Positions 39,018-48,065 of a stretch of DNA of 64,000 bases are shown here, one piece after another. The notes beneath the pieces were generated by a model that was not told the DNA's origin, did no database searches, and worked only from the letters and a program-made list of their open reading frames with translations. Each line of letters starts with the position of its first letter. The first letter of the stretch is position 1. The stretch covers positions 1-64,000 of the IMG/VR virus record IMGVR_UViG_3300009095_000014; one strand, 5' to 3'. The DNA is from a virus. Lineage: Duplodnaviria > Caudoviricetes. Position numbers and translations under genes: made by a program.

Positions 39018-40391
39018 ATGCGTGATCTACTGAAAAGCACGTTTGAAAACATCGAGGAACCGAATGACGTCGTCGAGATCGATGACGAGACCCCGATGGT
39101 CGATGCGCCGCAACCTGCGGCCATTCGCGATGACATTATTCAAGCCGAAGATACTTCGGCGGGGTTGACCGAACTGAGCGAAGCGGCTAAAGAAGTCGCC
39201 GAGAACGGTGAGGTTTCGACCGCTACGCTGGAATCGCTCCACCGCAACCTACGGCACCTGATGATCCCTTTTGGTGGCATCCCGGCTAAGTTGTCACTGG
39301 AAAGCCTCGAAGAGGGTCAGGAAGGCGCTCTGCAAATTGCCGAGCAGGCCGAAACCCTGGCTGCTGCGGTTGACCAGACTGTAGAGGAAGAACTGGAACC
39401 GGCGCTGGAGAACGCGATCACCTACATGTTCAAGGGTCGCGCCGGTCAGTTGAAAGAGCACCGCGAGATGCTCGACGACGCCTCGGTGAAGCTTCGTCGA
39501 CTGGGTAGTAAGGTTGACGAGAACCCGATGGTGTTCCGCCAGAAAGGTCTGTTCCACATGCTCACGGTGGATGATAAGGCACTCAAGGATATCAAGGGCC
39601 ATTTCAAGGAAGAGTTCGGATACCTGGTGGGTCTTATCGACTTCATCACGGATGACGTGATGCCGACTGTTGAGAAGATCTCCCAGTTGGCGCGCAGAGC
39701 GAAGACTCCCGAAGACACGGTTGAAGTGTGGGAGCAGGTTAAGAAGATGTCGAACCCCGGCCTCAAGCTCAGTAAGCTGAGCAACGGTTCGAAAGGGGTC
39801 TACATCATGTTTAACCGTCGCTTCTTTGTTTCCGACGATTCCCGCGGCGCTGGTCGTGACTCCGGGGAATGGGAAACCGAACACTACCTGAACTTCGATG
39901 GTGGCGGTGCGGGTGATCACATCAACGAAAAGGTCAGTAAGATCTGGGGTCTGGGTGGTTTGGCCGCCGGTGCGGTGCTGGCGGCGAAAGCAGGTGCGAC
40001 GCTTGTTCCTGGCATCTGGATCGCAGTAGGTGCTGGCATTATGGCCAATGGTGTTGCCACTCGCATCGAAGGTGGTAAGATTGCTGGCGTGATCACGTCG
40101 AAAGACCTGATGGAATGCCTCGAAATGGCCAGCGATGCCAACGAGAAGCTGCTGAAGGAAGTTGCTGCCGAAAAGGGGCGTGATGGCGAGGTCAGTATGC
40201 TACTCGCCCATATCGACGATCTACCACGTGGCACGCCTGAAGCAAAAGCAGCCCGGAAGGCTTTGCTCGCGGTTGGTCGGATGCTGTCTGGAATGCAGTG
40301 GAACACCTTCGAAGGTGTGTTTACCCAGTTGCATGCAGTAACTTACCAGACCTCCAAACTGGCACAGTCTGTGATCAAGCAAAACTCCTAA
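39018..40391 (+). CDS. Internal head (inner-body/ejection) protein, paralog 1
   Basis: Start re-called at ATG 39018 by analogy to paralog 2 (MRDLLKSTFENI vs MRDALASAFEDI); acidic propeptide with TLE/SLE/ALE sites; Gly/Ala hydrophobic segment. Confidence 0.7.
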   Translation: MRDLLKSTFENIEEPNDVVEIDDETPMVDAPQPAAIRDDIIQAEDTSAGLTELSEAAKEVAENGEVSTATLESLHRNLRHLMIPFGGIPAKLSLESLEEGQEGALQIAEQAETLAAAVDQTVEEELEPALENAITYMFKGRAGQLKEHREMLDDASVKLRRLGSKVDENPMVFRQKGLFHMLTVDDKALKDIKGHFKEEFGYLVGLIDFITDDVMPTVEKISQLARRAKTPEDTVEVWEQVKKMSNPGLKLSKLSNGSKGVYIMFNRRFFVSDDSRGAGRDSGEWETEHYLNFDGGGAGDHINEKVSKIWGLGGLAAGAVLAAKAGATLVPGIWIAVGAGIMANGVATRIEGGKIAGVITSKDLMECLEMASDANEKLLKEVAAEKGRDGEVSMLLAHIDDLPRGTPEAKAARKALLAVGRMLSGMQWNTFEGVFTQLHAVTYQTSKLAQSVIKQNS

Positions 40392-40403
40392 GCGAGGTTA
40401 GTC

Positions 40404-41762
40404 ATGCGCGATGCATTAGCAAGCGCATTTGAGGACATCGATCCGGTGGAAACCCCACCGGACGATTTCTCTGATGAGCTGATGAATCCTGATACGAGTG
40501 AGCGGGAAGTCGACGAAGGTGGGAAGGAACTGCTGGCAGCGGTGGAATCCCTGATCGCCACAACCGAACATCTACTCACCAGCAACCAAGCCTCCACCGG
40601 TTCGGCCCTGATGCTGACCACCGCCCTGGAAAGCCTCCAGGATCGCTATGGCGTGGTGTTGATGCACACCTCCATGGAAGCCAGCGCTTCGGTAGAAGCG
40701 TATCACCAAGCGACGCTGGAGAGCTTGGAGGGCTTGAAGAACAAACTGCTCGACCGTGTCGTGAAGAACTTCAAGGAACTGGTCTACGGCCTTCGCGGTC
40801 GGGCGGGTAAAGCCCGTCAGGCTACCGGCGAACTGCAAGGACTGAAGCGCAAGTTTGAATCCCTGCAAAGGACATTGAACGATAAGCCGGTGGTGCTCAA
40901 CCACGGCGGGCTGGCACGGTTCCTGACCACCGAACACGGACCGGTCAAGGACATCCCGAAACAGATCCGTCACGACTTTGAAATCTGCGGCTACTTCACG
41001 GAGGAGTTCTGTGGGCTGTATCAGAAGTACTTGAGTGCCGTGGGTCGGGTCATTCCGGGCAAGCTGTACACGGTCACTGATGTTGATCAGATGTTCGAAA
41101 AGCTCGCCGAACTGGACGTGCCCACCGAACAGATCAAGCGCGACTACACCGGTGGAAAAGACATGTTCTGGGCCAGTGGCTTCCATCTCACCGAAGTCAG
41201 GGCGCGCAGCAAGTCAGCCTTGGGTAAGATGGCCGAGTACCACAAGGTTACTTTCCAGCGGGGTAACACGCTTACCAATGACAGTACCGTTAAGACCGCT
41301 GGCGCTGCCGGTGCAGCGATTGGTTTTGTCATCGGTGGTGCAAACCTCGGAGCAGCGGCCTTGGCCGGTGCGATTGCCGCTGGGATCGCCAACAAAGCCA
41401 AAGGGCTGCTGACCAAGGAACCCTTCTCGGTTGACCAGATCCACGATGCCATCGACCTGTGCCTGGGTGAGATGGACCGTGCTACGGTGGCGATTCAGAA
41501 CCTAGAGGGAATCCAACGTGAACTCACTGGGATCGAGAAGAAGCTCACCCGAATCAACTGGGGGACGGGGTTGCCCAAGAGTGAACTGGCGCGGGTGGAA
41601 GCTGTTTACGGGTTATTCTGCGAACATGCCGAGAACCTGTGCCGGACAGTGGAAGATGCCTTGGATCATGTCCTTGCTATCACCGGTTCGATCATGACGA
41701 TCCTGAACAAGCTGGAAAGCAGGTACAAGAACCACGAACCCGCTGCCAACAGCGAGTACTAA
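40404..41762 (+). CDS. Internal head (inner-body/ejection) protein, paralog 2
   Basis: 452 aa; ALE, SME, TLE, SLE motifs; GAAGAAIGFVIGGANLGAAALAGAIAAG glycine zipper. Confidence 0.7.
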   Translation: MRDALASAFEDIDPVETPPDDFSDELMNPDTSEREVDEGGKELLAAVESLIATTEHLLTSNQASTGSALMLTTALESLQDRYGVVLMHTSMEASASVEAYHQATLESLEGLKNKLLDRVVKNFKELVYGLRGRAGKARQATGELQGLKRKFESLQRTLNDKPVVLNHGGLARFLTTEHGPVKDIPKQIRHDFEICGYFTEEFCGLYQKYLSAVGRVIPGKLYTVTDVDQMFEKLAELDVPTEQIKRDYTGGKDMFWASGFHLTEVRARSKSALGKMAEYHKVTFQRGNTLTNDSTVKTAGAAGAAIGFVIGGANLGAAALAGAIAAGIANKAKGLLTKEPFSVDQIHDAIDLCLGEMDRATVAIQNLEGIQRELTGIEKKLTRINWGTGLPKSELARVEAVYGLFCEHAENLCRTVEDALDHVLAITGSIMTILNKLESRYKNHEPAANSEY

Positions 41763-41764
41763 GC

Positions 41765-41801
41765 GCATAGGGGAGGGACCTATGGTCCCTCCCCTATATG
41801 C
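41765..41801. terminator. CATA...TATG family hairpin
   Basis: 14-bp IR ataggggagggacc / ggtccctcccctat, flanked by gcata and tatgccg. Confidence 0.75.
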
Positions 41802-41830
41802 CGTTGGCGAATAAAAGTCGATCCCAAAAA

Positions 41831-41857
41831 ATCTCAACCATACATTGTAGTTGTGAC
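41831..41857 (+). promoter_or_regulatory. Putative early (vRNAP) promoter, TACATTGT-N4-GTGAC
   Basis: atctcaacca TACATTGT agtt GTGAC; 17-mer identical to 43772-43788. Confidence 0.7.
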
Positions 41858-41914
41858 AAGGAGCATTAAAGCTCTTACCCCAAAGCTTTATAACCACAAA
41901 AGAGGAAACACACT

Positions 41915-42178
41915 ATGTTCAACATGATCGCTCGCATCGCTGAAGCTGCTTCTGAAACCGCTGCCGATGTCGCCACCGACAGCGCTGTCGACACCGCCAC
42001 TTCTGCTGCTGCGGAAACCGCCGCCTCTGTGGCCGGCGGATTCTTCGGCGCCGCCAAAGAGGCGGTAATCACCTGGGTTGGCAACAACCCGGTTACCGCG
42101 GGGGTCGTCGGTGGCGTCGCTGCCACCGGCGCCATCTACGGAACTTGGAAGCTGATCAAGAAGGTCCGCTCCAAGTAA
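41915..42178 (+). CDS. Small Ala/Thr-rich protein with C-terminal TM helix and basic tail
   Basis: 87 aa, AGAGG RBS; ends VVGGVAATGAIYGTWKLIKKVRSK. Confidence 0.8.
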   Translation: MFNMIARIAEAASETAADVATDSAVDTATSAAAETAASVAGGFFGAAKEAVITWVGNNPVTAGVVGGVAATGAIYGTWKLIKKVRSK

Positions 42179-42185
42179 GTGGCAC

Positions 42186-42222
42186 GGGGGAGCTTCGGCT
42201 CCCCCTGCTACACTCTTTTTCT
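42186..42222 (+). terminator. Intrinsic terminator, TTCG loop
   Basis: gggggagc TTCG gctccccc then T-rich tract. Confidence 0.8.
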
Positions 42223-42237
42223 TTTCGATTCGAGCGG

Positions 42238-42264
42238 TTTTCAACCCGACATTATAGAGGTGAG
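42238..42264 (+). promoter_or_regulatory. Degenerate copy of the early promoter motif
   Basis: ttttcaaccc GACATTAT agag GTGAG, same spacing as the other copies. Confidence 0.45.
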
Positions 42265-42363
42265 AATCTATCCTAAACCAGTAGATTTTTACAAACCCTT
42301 TATCTAATGTGAGCGAACGAAACCGTCCGCGCACAAATTCAAAACCAATAGGAGCAAGACACC

Positions 42364-42831
42364 ATGGCCCTCGACAAAATCAAACCTTCCGTCCTGAAGC
42401 TGGCCGAGAAATTCGAAACCGCCCTGACCATCAACGGCGATAAAGCCGAGCTGGACAAGAAGGCGTTCAACGAAGCCTATAGCGAAACCCTGCCGGAAGG
42501 TCTGAACATCGATCTGGTCAAAGCCACCCAGAACCACAACCTGGACGTCGCCGACGCTCTGACCCTGGTCCTCGGTCGCAAAGCCGGTCCGCACATGAAG
42601 GACAACAAAGACGTCAATGTCCTGAGCGTCACTGCTCCGCTGGCCCTGGATCGTGTCGCGGTGGAATACCATCGCGAGAAGAGCTACCGCAACCCGTCCA
42701 ACGGCGAGACCTTCACCAAGAAGGGCGTCACCAAGGTCCAGTACCTGAGCGGTATCGGTGGCAAGCGTGACAGCCTGAAGCAGGTCCAGGACTACCTGGC
42801 CGCTGAAGCCGAGTCGCTGTTCAACAACTGA
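42364..42831 (+). CDS. Hypothetical protein, probably highly expressed
   Basis: 155 aa, AGGAG RBS, strongly biased C/G-ending codons. Confidence 0.8.
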   Translation: MALDKIKPSVLKLAEKFETALTINGDKAELDKKAFNEAYSETLPEGLNIDLVKATQNHNLDVADALTLVLGRKAGPHMKDNKDVNVLSVTAPLALDRVAVEYHREKSYRNPSNGETFTKKGVTKVQYLSGIGGKRDSLKQVQDYLAAEAESLFNN

Positions 42832-42840
42832 TCCTGGTCT

Positions 42841-42874
42841 AGCGAGGAGTCTTCGGACTCCTCGCTTTATGCCG
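42841..42874 (+). terminator. TTCG hairpin followed by TTATGCCG
   Basis: agcgaggagtc TTCG gactcctcgct (11 bp) + ttatgccg. Confidence 0.8.
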
Positions 42875-42907
42875 TATCCATCGTTGCTTTATTTTTGAGG
42901 CGAAACC

Positions 42908-43276
42908 ATGAACAAGAAGTCTAAGGCGTCACGTCGACAGATTCGTAAACGTAAGCTCACCTACGAGGACATTAGTCGTGCGGCTGGTGTCACGTTCGAC
43001 GACTATGTTCTCACTATCGTAACATCGTATCATCGTTCTCAGAATCGTAAGCGCCTCCCCAAGTCGAAGGCCCGTCGATATCGTTACCATCTTACCGAAA
43101 CCCTTACCTACCTCATCGATCCTTTTCTTGACCGGAACTGGCGATGTGATACGTATCGAAAACCAGCAGCATTGAAACGGGAGGCGAAGCTACACCGTTA
43201 CCTTTCCATTGCGTACTGGGGTAAACCAATTGTTTCGGGGGGTCGACTGATCACCCCGCTAGCGAACCTGTCTTGA
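42908..43276 (+). CDS. Highly basic 122-aa protein, paralog A
   Basis: GAGG RBS; SRRQIRKRK and KLHRYLS motifs shared with the next gene. Confidence 0.7.
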   Translation: MNKKSKASRRQIRKRKLTYEDISRAAGVTFDDYVLTIVTSYHRSQNRKRLPKSKARRYRYHLTETLTYLIDPFLDRNWRCDTYRKPAALKREAKLHRYLSIAYWGKPIVSGGRLITPLANLS

Positions 43277-43371
43277 TTCCTGCACCGCACCGGCAGGAGA
43301 GGGAGCCAATACAGGAATTCTTTTTGGGCCAACACACGAACCGCCACTCTTTTTCACTTTGGTAACATGCC

Positions 43372-43740
43372 ATGTCTAATAAAACTAAGATCATGATGCG
43401 ACGCGATGATGGTAAGCTGGTGCCTATGTCTCGACGCCAGCTGCGCAAACGTAAGGTAATGAAAAGGTTGGACGGTGTCTTACCTGATAATTGCGACTTC
43501 ATCGATACACGTAAAGGAAACGCTCGGTCAAAAGATCGAATTCGAATGCTCGATGATCGACACTCGGTCGCAATCCGTTATTACCTCAATCTCAGCAATG
43601 TGTTGAATACGCTCGAACCTTTGATCGAAGACAGGAAGCAAGTGCCTATTGCTAAACCTCGGTCCTCGAAGGCTAAACTCATTAATAAACTCTATCGTTA
43701 TCTGTCGATGACCAGACGGCAGTTCTTAACAATTCGTTAA
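43372..43740 (+). CDS. Highly basic 122-aa protein, paralog B
   Basis: SRRQLRKRK and KLYRYLS motifs. Confidence 0.7.
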   Translation: MSNKTKIMMRRDDGKLVPMSRRQLRKRKVMKRLDGVLPDNCDFIDTRKGNARSKDRIRMLDDRHSVAIRYYLNLSNVLNTLEPLIEDRKQVPIAKPRSSKAKLINKLYRYLSMTRRQFLTIR

Positions 43741-43760
43741 GCCAGCAGTCGATTCCACAT

Positions 43761-43788
43761 TTTTTCAAACCTACATTGTAGTTGTGAC
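43761..43788 (+). promoter_or_regulatory. Putative early promoter
   Basis: tttttcaaacc TACATTGT agtt GTGAC. Confidence 0.7.
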
Positions 43789-43835
43789 CAGAAGCGTAAC
43801 GCTTCTACTGTTAACCGCCACAAAGGAGATACACC

Positions 43836-44000
43836 ATGCTTCGTTCGTTTCTTATTGGCGCCGTCATCGGCGGCAGTATCCAAGGAGTTCAAATCTACCG
43901 GAACATCCGGCAGATGGAACGGACCCTGGGGTGCGAGGTAAAGCTCGGACTCAAGAACCCTTTCCAGAACAATCAGAAGGAGGAGGACAAACAATGTTAA
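43836..44000 (+). CDS. Microprotein, 54 aa (not in ORF track)
   Basis: AAGGAG RBS; MLRSFLIGAVIGGSIQGVQIYRNIRQMERTLGCEVKLGLKNPFQNNQKEEDKQC. Confidence 0.7.
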   Translation: MLRSFLIGAVIGGSIQGVQIYRNIRQMERTLGCEVKLGLKNPFQNNQKEEDKQC

Positions 44001-44173
44001 GGGCAGTTGCTTTTCTCACCGGCACTGTCGCCGGCGCTCTGGGTGTCAACAAGGCTTTCGAAACCCTTGTCGAGGTCAAGAAGATCGGCGACCTCGACCT
44101 CGCCGACATGACCGCCGAATTGGAGAAATCGTTAGCGGAGGCTCTCTCTCCGCAGCCTGCGAAGCAGCGATAG
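43994..44173 (+). CDS. Microprotein, 59 aa
   Basis: AGGAGG RBS; MLRAVAFLTGTVAGALGVNKAF...; overlaps upstream stop. The ORF-track call from 43784 is over-extended. Confidence 0.7.
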   Translation: MLRAVAFLTGTVAGALGVNKAFETLVEVKKIGDLDLADMTAELEKSLAEALSPQPAKQR

Positions 44174-44178
44174 GAATA

Positions 44179-44220
44179 ATGGCTGGGGGTGATCCCCCCA
44201 GCCATATTCTTTTTTCTTTG
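44179..44220 (+). terminator. Intrinsic terminator
   Basis: atggctggggg / cccccagccat 11-bp stem followed by T tract. Confidence 0.8.
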
Positions 44221-44264
44221 TAAAATCCTATAACTAAAGGCTACCGAGACCGTGAGACATTGTC

Positions 44265-44948
44265 ATGTTCGAAGCACTCTTTTCAAGGCGCCAATTAAGT
44301 GACATTCCCGATGATGCGATTCTGTTTATCGACCCTAGTGACCAGCCTGTTGGCAGCGAGAATATCTTAGACCATTCTAAACTGAAAAACACGTTGACCA
44401 ATTACAATAATGTCACTGTTAGCGATGAAGGTCCTAGCCTAGGTATCAAATCGCTCTACTTTGACGGAGCCCTTTACCGTTACCTTGTTATTGGTTGGAA
44501 TGGCTATACCCCGAACCTACTCACGGGCGATTTTACCATTGACTTTTGGTTCAAGCCTAAAGCCATTGTCAACGGGTTTGGAACTCTGCTGGGTCAATGG
44601 AAACAGGTAGAAAATCTTGGTGGGTTTATCGTGTGCACCAAGGGGGATTCCGTTCAATTCCACATCAGTCCGCACTCCGAAGTCCATGCCCTCCTAGAGA
44701 CTGCGGGTGCGAATTCACAAGGCTGGCATCGGCAGACAGTAGTAAGAGATGGCAATGTGTTCACCCACTATCTCGATGGTGTCCCTGTAAGCACACGCAC
44801 CTTCGCTGGCACCAAAGGACCGATCGATATTCCAATGATCATTGGCGGGTATATCAATAATTCTGGTGCTGTGGCCCCCACGCTCGGATCGCCTTTAAAC
44901 GGCTGGTTAACCCGATTGGGAGTATGGCAGAAAGCGGTCCATCCATAA
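44265..44948 (+). CDS. LamG/concanavalin A-like domain protein
   Basis: 227 aa; GDFTIDFWFK, WHRQTVVRDGNVFTHYLDG, IIGGY, LNGWLTRLGVW; starts MFEALF like the 1-3273 cluster. Confidence 0.8.
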   Translation: MFEALFSRRQLSDIPDDAILFIDPSDQPVGSENILDHSKLKNTLTNYNNVTVSDEGPSLGIKSLYFDGALYRYLVIGWNGYTPNLLTGDFTIDFWFKPKAIVNGFGTLLGQWKQVENLGGFIVCTKGDSVQFHISPHSEVHALLETAGANSQGWHRQTVVRDGNVFTHYLDGVPVSTRTFAGTKGPIDIPMIIGGYINNSGAVAPTLGSPLNGWLTRLGVWQKAVHP

Positions 44949-44949
44949 C

Positions 44950-44985
44950 GGCATAAAAGGGAGCCCGAAGGCTCCCCGATATGCC
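44950..44985. terminator. Bidirectional CATA...TATG hairpin
   Basis: ggcata-aaa-gggagcc CGAA ggctccc-cga-tatgcc between convergent genes. Confidence 0.78.
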
Positions 44986-44992
44986 CATCGCC

Positions 44993-45862
44993 TTACGGCT
45001 TGATGAAGGTCCGACTGGCCTCGGCAATGGCTTCGGTGTAACCGTTGGTCACACGCGCCACGTTCTTGTCGATGGTATCGACGAAGGCCGGAGCAAAGTT
45101 CGGGTTGGTGCCGGTCAGGTTCATGGAGTCCATGATCTTCTGGGCGAAGCGGTTGACGGCCAAGCCGACCTGCTGGATGCCGGTGTACTCGATGGTCAGT
45201 GTGACGTTTTCACCGTCGCTGCTCTTGTCGCGGCGACCGGTATCTTCACCCGCACTGGTCGGGTACATGTTACCGATCAGCCATGCCCGGTTGACCTTGG
45301 TGAAGGTCGGGTCCGGTTCGAAGAACAGCACGGTCATCGCGTAGACATCCGGCAGCAAGTCGGTCGGCTTCTGACCGGTCTTGGTGACGATACCCGGAGC
45401 CTTGGTGTCAGGGTCCATGATCAGCTGAGTGATCCACTGTTCATGGAGGGCCGCAACCGGACGACCATACTTTTCCGGAATGGTCAGGCTCGGGGTCGAA
45501 CGCGCGCGGGTCACGTTCGACGGGGTTTGTTGCATTTCACCCGCGCCGCCTACGGCACTTTCCACGCTGTTCACGGTGAGGGTCTTGTTCAGACCGTCCC
45601 ACGTTTGGGCGTGAAGTTCCACGATGGCCTTGAGGGCCTCGATGTACTTCTGGCCATTGTCCAGCAGCAGGAAGCCCGAGGGGGCTTCGATCAGCTTGGC
45701 AATGACGTTACGCCGCACGTAGTCCGTGTTGGCATGGAAGTAACGCAGGTCGGTTTGGTAACCGTTCTGACCACCAATCGTCAGGTTCACCATCGGTGCA
45801 TCCTGATTCTGGTTGTAGACACGGTTGACGTTGCTCAGAAGCGAGTCCTTATGCCGCGCCAT
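44993..45862 (-). CDS. Tail tube protein (phiKZ gp30-like)
   Basis: 289 aa immediately downstream of the sheath, size matches; IGGQNG, Y.RRNVI, NMYPTS motifs. Confidence 0.82.
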   Translation of the reverse strand: MARHKDSLLSNVNRVYNQNQDAPMVNLTIGGQNGYQTDLRYFHANTDYVRRNVIAKLIEAPSGFLLLDNGQKYIEALKAIVELHAQTWDGLNKTLTVNSVESAVGGAGEMQQTPSNVTRARSTPSLTIPEKYGRPVAALHEQWITQLIMDPDTKAPGIVTKTGQKPTDLLPDVYAMTVLFFEPDPTFTKVNRAWLIGNMYPTSAGEDTGRRDKSSDGENVTLTIEYTGIQQVGLAVNRFAQKIMDSMNLTGTNPNFAPAFVDTIDKNVARVTNGYTEAIAEASRTFIKP

Positions 45863-47906
45863 CTTCGTTACCTCGACGTTCGCTGATGATGGTCAGAGTT
45901 TCGACAGTCTTGATACCTTGACCACTGAAGGTAATGTCGGTGTGCCAGCTGTAACCACGCTGCTCATCGGCGGCAGTGTAGTACGAACGCGGGGTCACAT
46001 CCACACGGTCATGGTAACGACCGTTGGTCTGCTCCACGATGTACTCGTCGATCAGCGCGAGGAATTCGCTGTTCTCGGATTGGCTGTCACCCACGAAGAC
46101 TCGCCATGCACGCTCACCGATACGGGTCAGGTTGCAGGCGATGACCATGTTGAAGAAGCTGTTCAGCACGGAGGTGTTGTCGTCGTAGATGGTCTGCAAG
46201 CCCGGCCAGTGGATCGACTTGCGGTCGAAGTTCTGGGCAAAGATCAGGCCGTTATTCCAGTCGCGGTTCTTCGCGATGACCGGCTTGAACTTGGCGTTGT
46301 GACGGATGAAGCCCGACACGGTGCTACCCGGTGCCCGCTCGAAGTTGGCGTTCGGGTTCATGTAGCCAGTGGCGGCACCCATATAGCGAGCGCACTTCTC
46401 ACCGAAGGCGACCACGAACGGCAGGATACCCTTGTAGCGGGAACCCACCAGGTTACCGGCGTGACCGACGATGACCACGCGGCAGGTCTGGGTACCGTAG
46501 TACTCCGATTCCGGCACGCTGCGGAAATGGGCACGCAGGGCCACCGCCATGGACGACTCTTCCGAGGCGCTGTTCAGCGGACGGTTGGCGTCTTGGGTGC
46601 AGATGGCCAGCCACACGTCACGGCGTTGCAACACGTTGGAGAACTTCTTCTTGGTCTCCATGCTGAAGCCGGTGTCGTACATGCAGGAGAACGGGTACAT
46701 GGCGGTGTCGAAATACGGGATCTCACCTTCGCCGAAGTATTCCAGTTCGGTGGCCACTGCTTGGTCGTACGCTTCTGCGCCGAGGGTACCGTCGGAGCCA
46801 CCTTGCGCAAAGTGGTTGGACGACTCGGAGAACAGCAGACCACCTTCACCCGGACCGTCAACGATCAGAGCGTAGTAGGGCACGCCGCTGGCAGCCACGC
46901 CGGTCAGCAGGTTGATGCAGTGCTCGGGCGTTTCGACTTGCGGCAGCAGGCCGTATTCTTCTTCGACTTCCAGGGCGGCACTGAGGACCTCTTGGAGGTT
47001 CTCATGGTACAGCTTGATGCGGGCGAAGTGACCGTAACCGGCGAACTCTTCCGGGTCTTCGGATTCGTACGCTTGCAGGATCACGTCATCGGCAAAGTAC
47101 TCTTGGCCGGTGGAACGGTCCTTGCTGTTCGGCTTGAAGGTGAACGGAACGTACTGCTCACCGAACATGGTGTTGGCAATCACCGCAGTGGAGGCGGCAT
47201 CGGCACGACGCACCACGTAGAAGCGGTAGATGAACGCACCCAGTTCCTCGATCAGGTCGAGGTTGGCCGGTTCACTGGACAGGCTGGTCGGAGCGACCAT
47301 ACGGAAACCGATGTTGTTACCGCGTTCACCGGGGAAACGGGCTTCCAGATCGGCGATCGGGTACAGCTCGGACGGAGTGCCGTCGGCGGCCTGTTGGGTA
47401 CCTTCGAGCACTTCGGCGATACCGAAGTCTTCATCGATGGGCAGGGCGATCCACTTGACCTTCAGACCTTGGATGGTGCTGCCGGTGGGGATCGGTTGAC
47501 CGCTTTCATCCAAGCGATACTTACCGTCGTCTCGACGCTCATACGCCGGAACTTCGGTCTTCAGGACGTCCATGCACAGACGCAGGCGAGCGGTTGCCGC
47601 ATCTTCAGGAACCAGACGGCGAATGAACGCCAGGTTAGCAGCCGAGAGCACTCGACTGGCCAGTTCCGTTTGGTGAGTACCATACTTGGTACCGCCATCA
47701 AACGAGTTGGCGCCATAAATGGCGTTTGCACCACCGCCACCAACGAGCAGAGCATCGTCGGCGGGGCCCCACTCGGTAAAGAGCGGGAACAGCGGCAGGT
47801 GGATAGGAAGACTTTCTTCTTCCAGAACCTGCGGGGTGCCGCTGTTGTCTTTGAAGCCACGGATGACCGTGCGCGGCAAAGAACTGGACATGCTGACAGT
47901 CGACAT
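45849..47906 (-). CDS. Tail sheath protein (phiKZ gp29-like)
   Basis: 685 aa from ATG 47906 (GGGAG RBS); PIHLPLFPLFTEWGP, YPFSCMYDTGF, IYDDNTSVLNS; size and position match. Confidence 0.88.
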   Translation of the reverse strand: MSTVSMSSSLPRTVIRGFKDNSGTPQVLEEESLPIHLPLFPLFTEWGPADDALLVGGGGANAIYGANSFDGGTKYGTHQTELASRVLSAANLAFIRRLVPEDAATARLRLCMDVLKTEVPAYERRDDGKYRLDESGQPIPTGSTIQGLKVKWIALPIDEDFGIAEVLEGTQQAADGTPSELYPIADLEARFPGERGNNIGFRMVAPTSLSSEPANLDLIEELGAFIYRFYVVRRADAASTAVIANTMFGEQYVPFTFKPNSKDRSTGQEYFADDVILQAYESEDPEEFAGYGHFARIKLYHENLQEVLSAALEVEEEYGLLPQVETPEHCINLLTGVAASGVPYYALIVDGPGEGGLLFSESSNHFAQGGSDGTLGAEAYDQAVATELEYFGEGEIPYFDTAMYPFSCMYDTGFSMETKKKFSNVLQRRDVWLAICTQDANRPLNSASEESSMAVALRAHFRSVPESEYYGTQTCRVVIVGHAGNLVGSRYKGILPFVVAFGEKCARYMGAATGYMNPNANFERAPGSTVSGFIRHNAKFKPVIAKNRDWNNGLIFAQNFDRKSIHWPGLQTIYDDNTSVLNSFFNMVIACNLTRIGERAWRVFVGDSQSENSEFLALIDEYIVEQTNGRYHDRVDVTPRSYYTAADEQRGYSWHTDITFSGQGIKTVETLTIISERRGNEDGAA

Positions 47907-48065
47907 AATTGTCTCCCTAGGGGTTTTTACTTCTTGCGCAAGAAGTCTCGTTAAAACGAATGGTATGGCAGCCGTCTTTGCACCAATGGTCTTTTTAAAC
48001 CTTTTATGCAAAATAAGGCGGCATCACACATAGTATTTTTAAATTTTTAATGTGAGGTTATCAAA

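Noticed and set aside
45825-47954. 709-aa + strand ORF opposite the tail sheath, and similar long antisense ORFs (5896-7305, 12610-14001, 24024-25178, 26925-28226, 32289-33386, 51575-53143)
   Set aside because: They mirror real genes codon for codon; strong C/G third-position bias removes antisense stops. No RBS or recognisable motifs.
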